DNA from: Selaginella moellendorffii
Lineage: Eukaryota; Plantae; Lycopodiophyta
NCBI RefSeq assembly: GCF_000143415.4
Contig: NW_003314422.1
Location: forward strand, 63,956 to 127,955
Direction: 5' to 3'
DNA length: 64,000 nt
Of this stretch, positions 63,110-64,000 are shown piece by piece (within the stretch, counting starts at the first letter, position 1; each line of letters starts with the position of its first letter). Both the position numbers and the translations under genes were made by a program. Under the pieces are notes generated by a model. It saw nothing but the letters and a program-made list of their open reading frames with translations, was not told the DNA's origin and did not search any database.

Positions 63110-63870
63110 AGGGCCGGCCACCTCGGGCAGTTTTGCTGGCCGAGGGGCCAAGGTTATTTGAATAACCTTGGCCCCTCAGGTGGCCAAACTGCCCAAGGTC
63201 GAGTGCGGGCCAGCCACCTCAGGCAGTTTTGCTAGCCGAGGGGCTAAAGTTATTTGAATAACCTCGGCCCCTTGGGTGGCCAAACTGCTCGAGGTCAAGT
63301 GCGGGCCAGCCGCCTCAAGCAATTTTGCTGGCCGAGGGGCCGAGGTTATTTGAATAACCTTGGCCCCTCAGGTGGCCAAACTGCCCAAGGTCGAGCTCGA
63401 GCTGGCCACCTCGAGCAGTTTTGCTGGCCGAGGGGCTGAGGTTATTCAAATAACTTTAGCCCCTCGGCTAGCAAAACTGCCTGAGGTGGCTGGCCCGCAC
63501 TCGACCTTGGGCAGTTTTGCTGGTCGAGGGGCCGAGGTTATTCAAATAACCTCCGCCCCTCGGGTGCCCAAACTACTTGAGGTTGAGCTTGGGCCTGCCA
63601 CCTCGGGTAGCTTGGCTGCTCGAGGGGCTGAGGTTATTCAAATAACCTCGGCCCCTCGGGTGGCCAAACTGCCCGAGGTGGCTGGCCCGCGCTCGACCTC
63701 CGACAGTTTTGCTGGCCGAGGGGTTGAGGTTATTCAAATAACCTCAGCCCCTCGGCCAACAAAACTGCCCGAAATGCCTGAGGTGGCCAACTCGAGCTCA
63801 ACCTCGGGCACTTTAGGGGCCGGAGGGGTCGAGGTTATTTGAATAACCTCAGCCCCCTAGGCAACCAAAG
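63110..63870. repeat. Tandem array of eight 96-bp internally palindromic units
   Basis: Core GGTTATT(TG/CA)AATAACC at 63152, 63248, 63344, 63440, 63536, 63632, 63728, 63833, each flanked by ~35-bp inverted arms. Confidence 0.9.
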
Positions 63871-64000
63871 GGAGTCTAAACCCACTTGATTTTTTTGTTT
63901 CTCTTTGACTGTTTGAATTTTTTATTATCTTTATTTAGTTTGACTAACAAAAATTTTTCTCTTGCAAAAAAGGAAAATTGTAAACACATAAAAAGGTTGT

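Noticed and set aside
63110-63870. CRISPR-like regular array; also ORF 63360-63842
   Set aside because: No unique spacers, no cas genes, eukaryotic context; the ORF is a repeat artefact.

Overview
This is eukaryotic land-plant DNA. The tiny ~47-60 nt introns, tightly packed genes, HIPP and NLR genes and Ty3/gypsy elements suggest a compact lycophyte-type genome such as Selaginella (inference). 0.8-10.7 kb is a dense gene block: a Gag/retropepsin-derived pseudo-protease, an RPW8-like NB-ARC-LRR gene with degenerate motifs, an SCP/FCP1-type phosphatase, a small 3-exon orphan gene and Integrator subunit 2. 23.3-25.6 kb holds two tail-to-tail HIPP genes. The rest is nested transposons: a decayed gypsy containing a solo LTR that contains an intact hAT; a pogo remnant; a non-coding LTR element containing a 12.3 kb TIR DNA transposon; a young chromovirus; a MULE remnant; and a 96-bp palindromic array. 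The first highlight is the 12.3 kb element (31615-43931). It encodes a Sola-like transposase plus a reconstructable ~1640-aa, 9-exon cargo protein (ParB-like domain, degenerate methyltransferase-like region, FCP1-type phosphatase), and it carries ~20 copies of a 22-bp palindrome, a candidate parS-like/anti-silencing system. The second highlight is the chromovirus, which has two spliceosomal introns inside its integrase and a tRNA-like multi-hairpin in its 3' UTR.
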